Under the pieces are notes generated by a model. The model saw only the letters and a program-made list of their open reading frames with translations. It was not told the origin of the DNA and did no database searches. The translations under genes were made by a program, and so were the position numbers. Shown here piece by piece: positions 54,942 to 64,000 of a DNA stretch of 64,000 nucleotides (positions within the stretch are counted from its first letter, which is position 1; each line of letters begins with the position of its first letter). The DNA comes from Escherichia phage BEU50: sequence record OM632671.1. The stretch is one strand, 5' to 3'.

Positions 54942-55463
54942 ATGGCACACTTTAACGAATGTTCACAACTTATTTCTGGTGTTGATAAAGCAGAAGAAGC
55001 TTATTTTAATGCTCTGATTCACGAAGATAAAGACCCACTGCAGGTAATGCTTGATATGCAGAAATCTTTACAGGTTCGTCTGGCAAATGACAAGCCTGAA
55101 CATAACAAACATCCTGATGAATTGGCCACTGCTGGTGATGTTGTTGATTGGCTGCGTAATCAGAAAGATTATATTGATGATGAATTCCGTGAACTGCTGA
55201 CTTCACTTGGTGGTATGAGCAATGGTGAGAAAACCGCTAGCTCTGTATGGAAGCCATGGAAAGCACAACATGCTGAATATCGAAATCGTCGTATCGATGA
55301 ACTGTCTCCTGAAGACCAGCTTGAAATTAAATTCGAGATGATTGATATCCTCCACTTTGTTCTGAATATGTTCCAAGGTCTGGGTCTTTCCGCTGAAGAA
55401 ATCTTTAAACTTTACTACTTGAAAAACCAACACAACTTTGAACGTCAGGATAATGGTTACTGA
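54942..55463 (+). CDS. 56: dCTPase/dUTPase gp56 (MazG-like)
   Basis: MAHFNEC start as in T4 gp56; ORF-track start 54927 is TTG. Confidence 0.9.
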   Translation: MAHFNECSQLISGVDKAEEAYFNALIHEDKDPLQVMLDMQKSLQVRLANDKPEHNKHPDELATAGDVVDWLRNQKDYIDDEFRELLTSLGGMSNGEKTASSVWKPWKAQHAEYRNRRIDELSPEDQLEIKFEMIDILHFVLNMFQGLGLSAEEIFKLYYLKNQHNFERQDNGY

Positions 55464-55469
55464 TTAAGT

Positions 55470-55477
55470 TATAAATA
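55470..55477 (+). promoter_or_regulatory. late promoter core TATAAATA upstream of soc
   Basis: Exact octamer about 30 nt before the soc ATG. Confidence 0.55.
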
Positions 55478-55508
55478 CACCTGTAATTAAACAACAAAGG
55501 AGTTAATT

Positions 55509-55745
55509 ATGGGTGGTTACGTTAATATCAAAACCTTTACACATCCGGCTGGTGAAGGCAAAGAAGTTAAAGGTATGGAAGTTTCTGTACCGTTTGAGAT
55601 TTATTCAAACGAACATCGGATTGCAGATTCTCATTACCAAATCTTTCCATCAGAAAAGGCAGCTTATTCTGATGTCGTTTCTGATGCAGCAACTTGGAAA
55701 ACTAAGAACGCTGCAATGTTTACCCCTACACCAGTAAGTGGTTAA
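55509..55745 (+). CDS. soc: small outer capsid protein Soc
   Basis: GYVNIKTF...HYQIFPSEKAAYS resembles T4 Soc. Confidence 0.85.
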   Translation: MGGYVNIKTFTHPAGEGKEVKGMEVSVPFEIYSNEHRIADSHYQIFPSEKAAYSDVVSDAATWKTKNAAMFTPTPVSG

Positions 55746-55753
55746 ATAATTTA

Positions 55754-55781
55754 AGGAATCCTTCGGGATTCCTTTTTTTTT
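55754..55781 (+). terminator. rho-independent terminator (UUCG tetraloop)
   Basis: AGGAATCC-ttcg-GGATTCCT followed by nine T. Confidence 0.75.
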
Positions 55782-55790
55782 GTTTCTACA

Positions 55791-55820
55791 GTTTACATCC
55801 ACTAAAAACTGTGTTAAGAT
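55791..55820 (+). promoter_or_regulatory. early promoter
   Basis: GTTTAC 55791-55796. Confidence 0.4.
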
Positions 55821-55848
55821 ATTCTTACTTACTCAAGAGGAGAACAAT

Positions 55849-56076
55849 ATGTTAAATCGTTGGATTAAACCTAATAACACATTAGGTGCTTTGATTGCTC
55901 AAGAAGTTTCATTGAAATACGGTCTTGGATATTACGATGATGTAGTCGTACACTCATTCATGATGGATGGTGAAGACGTCAAATTTAATGCCGAAATCCG
56001 TTGGGATGATGGTGGTGTTCGTTTTGTTCGAGGAACAATTAATGCTTACGATACTGAAGAAGTTGTTTGCTGTTAA
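55849..56076 (+). CDS. hypothetical protein (75 aa)
   Basis: ATG after GAGGAGAA. Confidence 0.45.
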   Translation: MLNRWIKPNNTLGALIAQEVSLKYGLGYYDDVVVHSFMMDGEDVKFNAEIRWDDGGVRFVRGTINAYDTEEVVCC

Positions 56077-56089
56077 ACCAGGCGAAGGT

Positions 56090-56290
56090 ATGATGCCTAT
56101 TCCTGATACACATGAAAAGGCTTGGGAATACATTGGTGACGGCATGATAGAAGAAGTTGTTCGTCCAAAAACAAAACATGTTAATGCTTCAAGCTCTTCA
56201 AGTTATAATCATTCATACGTATCGTCTTGGCCTGGTGATTCTGGGTCAAGTTATTCTGATTGTGGTTCAAGCTCAGGGAGCTGCGAATGA
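56090..56290 (+). CDS. hypothetical Ser-rich protein (66 aa)
   Basis: ATG after GGCGAAGG. Confidence 0.4.
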   Translation: MMPIPDTHEKAWEYIGDGMIEEVVRPKTKHVNASSSSSYNHSYVSSWPGDSGSSYSDCGSSSGSCE

Positions 56291-56466
56291 ACAAGATAGT
56301 TAAATGGTTTAAAAGCTGGGACGATGGTGTCGGTCCAGAAGATTGGCTGGATGTTCTTGAAGAGAATATGGCTAAAGAATTCCAGAAACATGAAGAAAAG
56401 CTCGTCGAAGATGAAGGCGAACGTATTGTAAAACTTTATATGGGTGAACCATCGAGGAAATTATAA
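56287..56466 (+). CDS. hypothetical protein (59 aa)
   Basis: ATGA overlap. Confidence 0.35.
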   Translation: MNKIVKWFKSWDDGVGPEDWLDVLEENMAKEFQKHEEKLVEDEGERIVKLYMGEPSRKL

Positions 56467-56930
56467 TGGATGCTATGTTATTTAAAATGTATTTGCTTGA
56501 AGCCAAGTCATTTAAACATATACCAGTGGAAGATAAGACTCCACTAGAAATAGCTATTCTCATTAACAAAAGTCTAAATAATCCGCAATATATCGTAGAA
56601 GAATTCTGCAAATTGCAGATTCCTAAAGGTTACAAAATTCGTGTAGAGCGAGTTGGAGCTATTACTCATTCTAAAAATTCTCCGTTTAGTCTTGAAGAAG
56701 GCATAAAGGACTTAGGTTATGAATCTACGGAAAATGCCGTTTATGTGAATCCTGAAAAGCGTTTAGACTTGTTTGAAAAGCGAGACCATAAGTATTTTGC
56801 CAAAAAATACTTTATTACATCATTAGCAGATTTAATCCATTTGCAACGAGCTATTTGGAAATTTTTTAAGACAAAAGGTGTAGCGCTAGAAACATTCTCC
56901 GAGCAGCCTAGTTTTTATTTAGGTGAATAA
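56466..56930 (+). CDS. hypothetical protein (154 aa)
   Basis: TAATG overlap. Confidence 0.5.
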   Translation: MDAMLFKMYLLEAKSFKHIPVEDKTPLEIAILINKSLNNPQYIVEEFCKLQIPKGYKIRVERVGAITHSKNSPFSLEEGIKDLGYESTENAVYVNPEKRLDLFEKRDHKYFAKKYFITSLADLIHLQRAIWKFFKTKGVALETFSEQPSFYLGE

Positions 56931-56931
56931 T

Positions 56932-57111
56932 ATGGACCTTATGAGTATGTTTGACGAGCCTGAAGTTGAGGCTCCTAAAGTGCATCGTAGTGAACTTGTT
57001 GATGAACTAGATAGTATTATACAACGACACGGCTTTAGTTTACCTGTTGAAGCCCTGAAAGACCTTGCCTCTTATTATGACGACCCTCCGCCATGGAGTC
57101 CTTGGAAATGA
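56932..57111 (+). CDS. hypothetical acidic protein (59 aa)
   Basis: ATG just after upstream stop. Confidence 0.35.
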   Translation: MDLMSMFDEPEVEAPKVHRSELVDELDSIIQRHGFSLPVEALKDLASYYDDPPPWSPWK

Positions 57112-57272
57112 AAGAGAAATTTAAAGAGAAATTCTTACTAGAAATCAAGGAAAAAGACTTTGAGACATGGTATCGAATGGTGAAAGGGTTGACATTGCTT
57201 TTTAAAGCATCCTTATTCATGTTAGAACAACCTGGTCCTGATGGTCCTTTAGTAGGAAAGCTTAAAAAGTAG

Positions 57273-57300
57273 TTTACATTCCCTCCTCTCGTGTTATGAT
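57273..57300 (+). promoter_or_regulatory. early promoter
   Basis: GTTTAC 57273-57278, TATGAT 57295-57300. Confidence 0.45.
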
Positions 57301-57327
57301 AGGCTTATCTTTAAATGGAGGTCTATC

Positions 57328-57909
57328 ATGACATGTCAATCTGAACTTCAAGAACGTGAATACCTAACAAATCTGATTGATAGCAAATTCACCCGCCAAG
57401 AACAAAACATTCTCTGGGCTTGCACCGATTCTAAGGAAGACCCGGATTTCCACTATGAATTAGACCATCTTGTTCGTAAGCATATGACTTCTACAGTACC
57501 AGTAGAACTCTACCGTGGTGTAACTCCAGAAGAAGTAGAACGTCTTTCCCTTCTTTCTGTTGGATGCCATTGGTCTCCTGGACGAGTAACATCGTTCACA
57601 ACTGATTTCAGTACAGCTCGTCAATTCTCCGGGAGTTGGGAATATCAGACGTACACTATTCTTAGTCTCAGGAATGCTCCATTCATTTTTGATTACTACC
57701 AAAACATGATTAACATTGTACTTGCCGGAAAGAACCCTAAGCATGTTATGGAAGAAACTCGTATCGATGTCCTAGATATGATTGAATCTGAACAAGAGTA
57801 CATGGTCTCAGGCATCTCTCGATTTGAGATTGTGGAAATTGAAGACTTAGAATATGACCCTTTATCTCGATTATACAAAATCATTCATTTGAAAATGTTG
57901 AATTTTTAG
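57328..57909 (+). CDS. ADP-ribosyltransferase, ModB/ModA-like
   Basis: YRG (Arg), STS-like segment and EQEYMV (ExE-like) motifs; paralogous to next gene; between soc and dda. Confidence 0.65.
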   Translation: MTCQSELQEREYLTNLIDSKFTRQEQNILWACTDSKEDPDFHYELDHLVRKHMTSTVPVELYRGVTPEEVERLSLLSVGCHWSPGRVTSFTTDFSTARQFSGSWEYQTYTILSLRNAPFIFDYYQNMINIVLAGKNPKHVMEETRIDVLDMIESEQEYMVSGISRFEIVEIEDLEYDPLSRLYKIIHLKMLNF

Positions 57910-57938
57910 TGTACAAACTCTTCCGATGATGATATTAT
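57909..57938 (+). promoter_or_regulatory. early promoter
   Basis: GTGTAC 57909-57914, TATTAT 57933-57938. Confidence 0.45.
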
Positions 57939-57966
57939 ACCTTTATCAACCACAGGAGAAACCTAA

Positions 57967-58575
57967 ATGTTTATGCCGTATAACGAGTGTGAAATTGAAG
58001 AAATGGTTCGTCGTGCTCAAAACCCCGAATATCAAGATGTATTGCAGTACGAAATTGATAGTCAATTCAACGATAATGAACAAAGCATCCTTTGGCAGTG
58101 TATGGAAAACAAGCCAGACTGTATTCAACAGGAGTTAAGTTCAATCGTTCGTAGAAATTGGACGTCTTCTGTTCCTGAGACAATGTATCGTGGAATCTCT
58201 AAGAAAACTATGGCCACACTTGATGATAAAGGCATTGGTAGTATTATTAAATTTGACAGAGTAATGAGCTTCAGCCCAGTGTTCGGTGTAGCACGTAACT
58301 TTGCTTCGTATAATTTTTACGGAACATTTAATATGTTCTGCATCAAAGATGCACCATTTGCTTTCAACTTCCGTGAACATATGCTTAACATGATTCTGGC
58401 CGCGCCATCTTGCGAGTTCAATGGAGCTTTCCCTGAAGCGACAAGACGGTCTAATGCTAGACTTATATCTGACGAATGTGAATTTATGCTCCCTATAGGG
58501 ACTACACTGCGTGTAGATTCTATTATTCAAGATGGACGTTATACAATCTGGAATCTATCTATTGTCAGTTACTGA
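57967..58575 (+). CDS. ADP-ribosyltransferase, ModA/ModB-like
   Basis: YRGIS, SFSPVFGVA, ECEFMLP motifs; paralogue of the preceding gene. Confidence 0.65.
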   Translation: MFMPYNECEIEEMVRRAQNPEYQDVLQYEIDSQFNDNEQSILWQCMENKPDCIQQELSSIVRRNWTSSVPETMYRGISKKTMATLDDKGIGSIIKFDRVMSFSPVFGVARNFASYNFYGTFNMFCIKDAPFAFNFREHMLNMILAAPSCEFNGAFPEATRRSNARLISDECEFMLPIGTTLRVDSIIQDGRYTIWNLSIVSY

Positions 58576-58649
58576 CTGAATTGGAATAACCGGATGGAAC
58601 TCAGAACCATTATAACACATAAAAAATTAAAGCATTTTACGAAAAAAGA

Positions 58650-58678
58650 GTGTACACTACCTGAGGGCATGATATTAT
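58650..58678 (+). promoter_or_regulatory. early promoter
   Basis: GTGTAC 58650-58655, TATTAT 58673-58678. Confidence 0.45.
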
Positions 58679-58727
58679 AAGCTTATCAGCTAAATGACCT
58701 AACGTCCGTAAGACAGAGGAAAATATT

Positions 58728-59474
58728 ATGTTATCAAATAATAAAATTAACAAAATCAATCGTCGTCTTGACCACACCAGAGCTTCTGCGAAGAGACGCT
58801 CTAAGGATTTTAACTTAGACTTTAATTACCTTAAAAACATTCTTGATCAAAAGGTCTGCGCTTACTCAGGTGAATCTTTTAATAACTCTGTTGAAGGTGA
58901 GAAATTATCCTTAGAACGTTTTAATAATGATATAGGCTACATTAAAGGTAATGTTATCCCAGTTAAGAAAAAATATAACACGGCTCGTTCTGATTTAACA
59001 TTAGAAGAACTTATTGGGAAACGTGATGCCATTGCAAGACGTATCGCTAATCCTTCTGTCAGTAAAGTAGAGAAACTTAATCTTGACGAGAAGAAATGGG
59101 CCCAAATTAAAAAGGTTTATGATACTATTTTAAAAATCCGAGCAAAACGTGAAAATCGTGTTAAGCATATGGCGAACATGATGAAAAATCAACCTTTATC
59201 TAACGAATCTAAACTTAGAATTGTTGCTTTGAAAGCACGCATTAATGGCTCACATCAAGCACTAGGCCATGAACTTACTAAACTCAACGTTCTTCTTAAA
59301 GGCTCTGACTGGAAAACTAAAACTAAATTAACTGACGCTGAATCGCTTTTCGATACATATGATAAAGTTATCCAAGGTCTGCAACGTTTTGAAAAGATTG
59401 GTTTCATTGGTAAATTAAAATTGAAACGTGGCTTACCACTTAGCGCATCATTATTCCAACTGATTAAAGGTTAA
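58728..59474 (+). CDS. srd: Srd-like protein (by position)
   Basis: 248-aa basic protein between the mod genes and dda; synteny only. Confidence 0.5.
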   Translation: MLSNNKINKINRRLDHTRASAKRRSKDFNLDFNYLKNILDQKVCAYSGESFNNSVEGEKLSLERFNNDIGYIKGNVIPVKKKYNTARSDLTLEELIGKRDAIARRIANPSVSKVEKLNLDEKKWAQIKKVYDTILKIRAKRENRVKHMANMMKNQPLSNESKLRIVALKARINGSHQALGHELTKLNVLLKGSDWKTKTKLTDAESLFDTYDKVIQGLQRFEKIGFIGKLKLKRGLPLSASLFQLIKG

Positions 59475-59476
59475 TT

Positions 59477-59788
59477 ATGGTTTATGTATATGCAATAGTT
59501 TATCGAGATATGGAAGGATTTACTGTCCCGGTTCCACTTGATGAGCATCGTCCTGCAGTATTTTTTAGAAAGGATATTGCAGATAAAGTTTTCGATACTT
59601 TGAAAACACAGTATAAAACAGATTTAAAAATGGGAGTTCTAAGAATGGTCGAAACTCCGCGTAAGTTCTGGTTTAATAAGCTTGAAATGAAACACGTTAA
59701 ACTAGATGCGGAGACGCAAAGATTGTATCAACGAATCCTGGACACAGGCCGTATTGTTAGTATTCCAATTGCAGGGACTTTACGATGA
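59477..59788 (+). CDS. hypothetical protein (103 aa)
   Basis: Immediately upstream of dda. Confidence 0.5.
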   Translation: MVYVYAIVYRDMEGFTVPVPLDEHRPAVFFRKDIADKVFDTLKTQYKTDLKMGVLRMVETPRKFWFNKLEMKHVKLDAETQRLYQRILDTGRIVSIPIAGTLR

Positions 59789-61098
59789 CATTTGATGATT
59801 TGACTGAAGGTCAGAAAAACGCCTTCAACGTTGTTATGAACGCTATTAAAGAAAAGAAACATCACGTAACTATTAATGGGCCTGCTGGTACAGGTAAAAC
59901 AACCCTTACTAGATTCATCGTTGAAGCCCTTATTTCTTCTGGAGAATCAGGTATTATTTTAGCAGCCCCTACACATGCTGCTAAAAAGGTTCTAAGCAAA
60001 CTTGCTGGTCAAGAAGCATCGACTATTCATAGCATTCTTAAAATCAACCCAACTACATACGAAGAAAACGTATTGTTTGAACAGAAAAAGGTTCCCGACT
60101 TAGCCTTGTGCCGTGTACTGTTATTTGATGAAGCGTCAATGTGCGACCGTTCTCTGTTTAAAATAATGTTAGCTAGTATCCCTAAATGGTGTACAGTAAT
60201 TGGAATCGGCGACCGATGCCAGATTCGACCGGTAGACCCAGGCGAATCAACTGCGTATCTAAGTCCTTTCTTCACTCACAAAGACTTCGTGCAATGCAAC
60301 CTTACAGAAGTTAAACGTAGCAATGCACCAATTATTGATGTTGCGACTGATATTCGTAATGGCAAATGGATTTACGATAAAGTAGTTGATGGGCACGGTG
60401 TTCATGGATATACAGACCTTAAATCGTATATGATGAACTATTTTAACGTTGTTAAAACTCCTGAAGACCTTTTCGAAAATCGAATGATGGCATTCACAAA
60501 TAAGTCAGTGGACAAGTTAAATTCAATTATTCGCCGAAAACTTCTTGAAACAGAAAAACCATTTATTAAAGACGAAGTCATTGTTCTACAAGAGCCATTT
60601 ACTAAGACATATAAGCTAGATGGTAAAAATATGACCGAAATGCTTTTCAATAACGGGCAATTCGTTCGTATTCGAGATGCTGTAGAAACGTCTACATTCG
60701 TTAAAGCACGTGGTGTTTCAGGCGAATATATGATACGATACTGGAATCTTACAGTAGAAACATATGGGGATGATGAAGAATATATCCGCGAAGATATAAA
60801 GGTTATTTCTTCTGAAGAAGAGCTTTATAAATTCAATTTGTTTTTGGCTAAGACTGCAGAAACATACAAATTCTGGAATAAAGGTGGTAAAGCTCCATGG
60901 AGCGAATTCTGGGATGCTAAACGTATGTTCACTAAGGTGAAGGCACTACCTGTATCAACCTTCCATAAGGCCCAGGGTATGTCTGTTGACACGGCCTTTG
61001 TTTATACACCGTGTATCCATTATGCTGATTCAGAATTAGCTAAACAGTTATTGTATGTCGGCACGACTCGTGGTCGTTTTGACGTCCATTTTATTTGA
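59785..61098 (+). CDS. dda: Dda DNA helicase (SF1B)
   Basis: Walker A GPAGTGKTT, Walker B LLFDEASM. Confidence 0.95.
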   Translation: MTFDDLTEGQKNAFNVVMNAIKEKKHHVTINGPAGTGKTTLTRFIVEALISSGESGIILAAPTHAAKKVLSKLAGQEASTIHSILKINPTTYEENVLFEQKKVPDLALCRVLLFDEASMCDRSLFKIMLASIPKWCTVIGIGDRCQIRPVDPGESTAYLSPFFTHKDFVQCNLTEVKRSNAPIIDVATDIRNGKWIYDKVVDGHGVHGYTDLKSYMMNYFNVVKTPEDLFENRMMAFTNKSVDKLNSIIRRKLLETEKPFIKDEVIVLQEPFTKTYKLDGKNMTEMLFNNGQFVRIRDAVETSTFVKARGVSGEYMIRYWNLTVETYGDDEEYIREDIKVISSEEELYKFNLFLAKTAETYKFWNKGGKAPWSEFWDAKRMFTKVKALPVSTFHKAQGMSVDTAFVYTPCIHYADSELAKQLLYVGTTRGRFDVHFI

Positions 61099-61107
61099 GA
61101 GAAAATT

Positions 61108-61785
61108 ATGAGCACTGATGTTATTATAGATTTTGAAACATTCGGCAATACATCAAAAGCGGCTGTTATTGACCTTGCGGTTATTGCATATAATTCCGAC
61201 CCTGAAGTTGTTGAATCATTTGAAGAACTTGTTCAACGAGGTAAGCGAATTAAATTTAATTTAGCTTCTCAGAAAGGGAAGCGAGTTTTCGCTAAATCCA
61301 CTATGAAATGGTGGAAAGAACAATCGGCTGAAGCGCGTAAAAACTTGGCTCCGTCTGAAGACGATGTCACTACGCTTGAAGGCATTAAAATCTTTTTAGA
61401 CTATTGCCGAGCTAATAAAGTTGACCAATGGAAATCACAGATGTGGTGCCGTGGTATGAGCTTTGACTTCCCGATCTTGGTCGATTTGATTCGTGACCTC
61501 TATCGTGATGAAGGTGTTCTTGAACCAGATATTGATACTGATAAATTAGAACCGGTTAAATTCTGGGCTCAACGCGATATTCGTACGGCAATCGAAGCTT
61601 ACTCTTTGACACGAGGATTAAGTATGTGTCCATTACCGATGGGTACGCTAAAAGGATTCGTTGCCCATGATAGTATTCATGATTGTGCTAAAGATATTTT
61701 GATGTTAAAATATGCTCAGCGTTATGCGCTTGGCCTTGAAGATGTACCTGAGAATCCTGACCCGTTAAGTGTAAAACAGCGATAA
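61108..61785 (+). CDS. dexA: exonuclease A (DEDD family)
   Basis: IIDFETFG...AHDSIHDCAKDI matches T4 DexA. Confidence 0.85.
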   Translation: MSTDVIIDFETFGNTSKAAVIDLAVIAYNSDPEVVESFEELVQRGKRIKFNLASQKGKRVFAKSTMKWWKEQSAEARKNLAPSEDDVTTLEGIKIFLDYCRANKVDQWKSQMWCRGMSFDFPILVDLIRDLYRDEGVLEPDIDTDKLEPVKFWAQRDIRTAIEAYSLTRGLSMCPLPMGTLKGFVAHDSIHDCAKDILMLKYAQRYALGLEDVPENPDPLSVKQR

Positions 61786-61789
61786 AACA

Positions 61790-61819
61790 GTTTACAACCA
61801 AGGACGGTTGGAGTATAAT
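61790..61819 (+). promoter_or_regulatory. early promoter, CAACCAAGGA subfamily
   Basis: GTTTAC 61790-61795, TATAAT 61814-61819. Confidence 0.55.
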
Positions 61820-61850
61820 CTTTCTATCTTAACCAAACAGGAAAAACATT

Positions 61851-62345
61851 ATGAATATCAATACTACGGCTACTTACATCCTGAAAGACGAAAAACAAAT
61901 CAACTGGTACGGTGCTTCAGTGAGAGCTTATGAAAAGTTTTGTGAAATTTTAGGTGCCACTCAAGGTAATAGTTTCACTATTGTTAACTTCATCAAACAA
62001 GCTGAAGGCCCTTGGTTATTCTTAGAAATTAAAAATTCATACGGTACAATTTCTACTACCGCCCTTCCAAGCACCGACTTTGAACTGTTGATTGAAGAAG
62101 TAGAACCCGGTAAAGACATCTGTATTGATATGGATATCGCTTGTATGTACGGTACTCTGATTAAGCCTATTGAGCCTACTGATTTGTTGTGTAAAGCTGT
62201 TTCAATTCGACGTCCGTTCGCAGGTCCAGTGAGTGGATGGGTAACTGATCAATGGATTGAAGACGGTGTTGAACTTCTGAACGTTGTTCATGCAGGTGAT
62301 TTTAGTGTAGTTCCACGTAGTGCTGTGGTTAATATCCTTAATTAA
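61851..62345 (+). CDS. member of a tandem paralogous family (164 aa)
   Basis: Shares C-terminal GWVTDQWIEDG...LNVVHAGDFSVV with the next two genes. Confidence 0.55.
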   Translation: MNINTTATYILKDEKQINWYGASVRAYEKFCEILGATQGNSFTIVNFIKQAEGPWLFLEIKNSYGTISTTALPSTDFELLIEEVEPGKDICIDMDIACMYGTLIKPIEPTDLLCKAVSIRRPFAGPVSGWVTDQWIEDGVELLNVVHAGDFSVVPRSAVVNILN

Positions 62346-62346
62346 T

Positions 62347-62378
62347 GTTGTACATCCAAGGATGGATGGAGTATAGTG
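62347..62378 (+). promoter_or_regulatory. early promoter, CCAAGGATGG subfamily
   Basis: TTGTAC..CCAAGGATGGATGG..TATAGT. Confidence 0.45.
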
Positions 62379-62407
62379 AATTCAATTTAAACAAAGAGAG
62401 AAAAATT

Positions 62408-62863
62408 ATGATTACTATTGGTGAAATTAAGCGTGTATCGTCTGCATCTCGTTCTAAAGCTGCAGGTCGTCTAGTTGAAGTGGTAGGACTTCGTACTAAT
62501 GGTACTGGTCGTGTTAAAGAAGTTAAAGTTCGAATCATTCCTAGTTCTGGAAAAACTGAAACTCAGTACGCTTACGTAAGTCCTAAATTTTTGGAAACTC
62601 CTGTGAGCGCTCATTTTGCTTCTACTGAACCTAATGCACAGTTCAAATGGGCCCTTTGCAAAGGTGTTGAATTCCAGACGGATAAAGAATTTGACTTCAT
62701 CGATGAATACGGTTATCCAAGCAAAACTGATACTATGTGTGGCTTCATTAGTGACCAATGGGTTGAAGATGGTGAAAAGTTATACAATATCGTATTCTTA
62801 GGTGACTTCCGAGTTGTTAAAGAATCTGAAATCACTCGCTATGTGTCTCCTCGTAAAGCTTAA
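62408..62863 (+). CDS. member of a tandem paralogous family (151 aa)
   Basis: GFISDQWVEDGEKLYNIVFLGDFRVV; ATG 62408 after AGAGAG. Confidence 0.55.
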   Translation: MITIGEIKRVSSASRSKAAGRLVEVVGLRTNGTGRVKEVKVRIIPSSGKTETQYAYVSPKFLETPVSAHFASTEPNAQFKWALCKGVEFQTDKEFDFIDEYGYPSKTDTMCGFISDQWVEDGEKLYNIVFLGDFRVVKESEITRYVSPRKA

Positions 62864-62872
62864 GGAATTATT

Positions 62873-63292
62873 ATGAATATTGTAAATCTCTCTACAGGTG
62901 ATTATGTATATGTATCCGTTGCTTCTCGCTCTAAAGTTGCCGGGAAGTTGGTTGAAGTTCTTTCTGTGAGTGATCCGGTTTTTGGACGTAACGAAGTTAA
63001 AGTTCGTGACGCTGATGGTAACATTGGTTATGTCTCAAGCCAATTCATTGAACCAGAAGAAAAAGCGTTCAAATGGGGACTATGCAGATCAGTTTCTGTT
63101 GAAAAAGACCATGAATTCACTATTGCTGCGGCAACTGATGGAACACCGTGGAAAACTAAGCAAATCGCTGGATTTATTAGCGACCGTTGGGTAGAAGATG
63201 GTGTTAAGCTTTATAACATCGTTTTCGCTGGACAGTTCATGGTAGTTCCTGAATTCCAAATTAAAAAATATAGCCCAGCTGCTTTCGCATAA
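62873..63292 (+). CDS. member of a tandem paralogous family (139 aa)
   Basis: GFISDRWVEDGVKLYNIVFAGQFMVV. Confidence 0.55.
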   Translation: MNIVNLSTGDYVYVSVASRSKVAGKLVEVLSVSDPVFGRNEVKVRDADGNIGYVSSQFIEPEEKAFKWGLCRSVSVEKDHEFTIAAATDGTPWKTKQIAGFISDRWVEDGVKLYNIVFAGQFMVVPEFQIKKYSPAAFA

Positions 63293-63296
63293 AGTT

Positions 63297-63345
63297 GTTT
63301 ACTTCTCCTCTGGTTTTGGTATTATAACCATATCAACCAGAGGAG
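63297..63345 (+). promoter_or_regulatory. early promoter inside 11-bp perfect inverted repeat
   Basis: GTTTAC 63297-63302; CTCCTCTGGTT (63305-63315) / AACCAGAGGAG (63335-63345). Confidence 0.55.
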
Positions 63346-63351
63346 AATAAT

Positions 63352-63876
63352 ATGTTAGTTTACCGCGTAGAACGTAGTTTTTGTACTCAACGTGAATCAT
63401 TACCAGGAATTGCTATCGAAGACGGTAAAGCCGTCAGAATTTGGGAAACCTCTTGGAATAAAGAACCTCGCTCACCATACGGTTGGTCGGGCACCGACAA
63501 CTCTGAAGAAACATGGGAGTTCCTTGATAAACATGGAATAATCTCAGGTAATTTCTACCATCACGGCGACAACTATAACGTCCCTAATCGTCCTACAGTA
63601 AATGAAGACAAACTCCTTGAACAAAATATCTTAAGATACTATAGAATTGAGCACACATTTGAATTGAGTGAAGATTGGGCTCAAGGGTTCTATTTTGGAT
63701 TTGAAAGTGTTGACGCGGTTTATGCATGGTTTGATGACCAGGTGGATGTTGAACTCTTGAAAGCTAAAGGATACTACATCGCGGTCTATGAAGCACCTGA
63801 TTTCATCCTCGGAAGTTGTCAATTAATGTTCAGACGTTCATTGGCAGAACAAGTTGATTTTATTTTGCTAAAATGA
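63352..63876 (+). CDS. hypothetical protein (174 aa)
   Basis: ATG after AGGAGAA. Confidence 0.5.
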   Translation: MLVYRVERSFCTQRESLPGIAIEDGKAVRIWETSWNKEPRSPYGWSGTDNSEETWEFLDKHGIISGNFYHHGDNYNVPNRPTVNEDKLLEQNILRYYRIEHTFELSEDWAQGFYFGFESVDAVYAWFDDQVDVELLKAKGYYIAVYEAPDFILGSCQLMFRRSLAEQVDFILLK

Positions 63877-63910
63877 TGTACAACAACTATGGTCTATGAT
63901 ACTATAGACC
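63876..63910 (+). promoter_or_regulatory. early promoter with 7-bp inverted repeat
   Basis: ATGTAC; GGTCTAT / ATAGACC arms; TACTAT. Confidence 0.45.
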
Positions 63911-63933
63911 TATCAAAACAAGAGGAGAATATT

Positions 63934-64000
63934 ATGAAACGTCAAATCATTAAAAACGTAACTACTGATTCAAACATCGATGAGTTTGAAGATGTTCTGT
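63934..64000 (+). CDS. 5' end of a gene truncated by the window edge
   Basis: ATG after GAGGAGAA; open to the end of the window. Confidence 0.4.
   Translation, partial: MKRQIIKNVTTDSNIDEFEDVL

Noticed and set aside
1-64000. CRISPR arrays, integrase, IS elements, rRNA or prophage boundaries
   Set aside because: No regularly spaced direct repeats, no tyrosine or serine recombinase motifs and no transposase-like ORF were seen; the window is uniformly phage early-region in character.

Overview
This window reads as a contiguous early/middle-gene block of a T4-like (Tevenvirinae) myovirus, almost entirely on the + strand, running from the e.x/nudE/e region to dexA. The DNA polymerase (37078..39789) matches my recollection of the phage RB69 gp43 protein, so an RB69-like Mosigvirus is likely; that is memory only and needs a BLAST check. 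Recognised T4 homologues in order: nudE, e (lysozyme), denV, four internal-protein-like genes with a capsid-targeting N-terminus, a GrcA/YfiD-like glycyl-radical cofactor, regB, tk, rI, nrdC, gene 49 (frame-disrupted), nrdD, nrdG, nrdH, 55, 47, 46, rpbA, 45, 44, 62, regA, 43, a gene-42-like hydroxymethylase, uvsX, 40, 41, dmd, sp, 61, 56, soc, two ModA/ModB-like ADP-ribosyltransferases, srd, dda and dexA. Main finding: neither glucosyltransferase is present where T4 has them. Between gene 43 and gene 42 sits a cluster encoding a KdsD-like arabinose-5-phosphate isomerase, a nucleotidyltransferase/sugar-kinase fusion, a HAD phosphatase and a Cys-rich protein; the beta-gt slot holds an unknown 299-aa protein plus a thymidylate-kinase-like P-loop kinase. 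I interpret this as a candidate activated-pentose (NDP-arabinose) pathway for hydroxymethylcytosine DNA hypermodification. Arabinosyl-hmC has been reported chemically for RB69, but to my knowledge the supply pathway has not been assigned; all enzyme roles here are inferred from motifs. Other notable points: five free-standing homing endonuclease genes (four HNH, one GIY-YIG), two with duplicated flanking sequence; a dense family of GTTTAC..TATAAT early promoters, many embedded in inverted repeats whose distal arm carries the Shine-Dalgarno sequence; and several UUCG-tetraloop terminator hairpins. No tRNA, rRNA, CRISPR array, integrase or IS element was found. Many start codons were re-picked by eye from the ORF track and are approximate.
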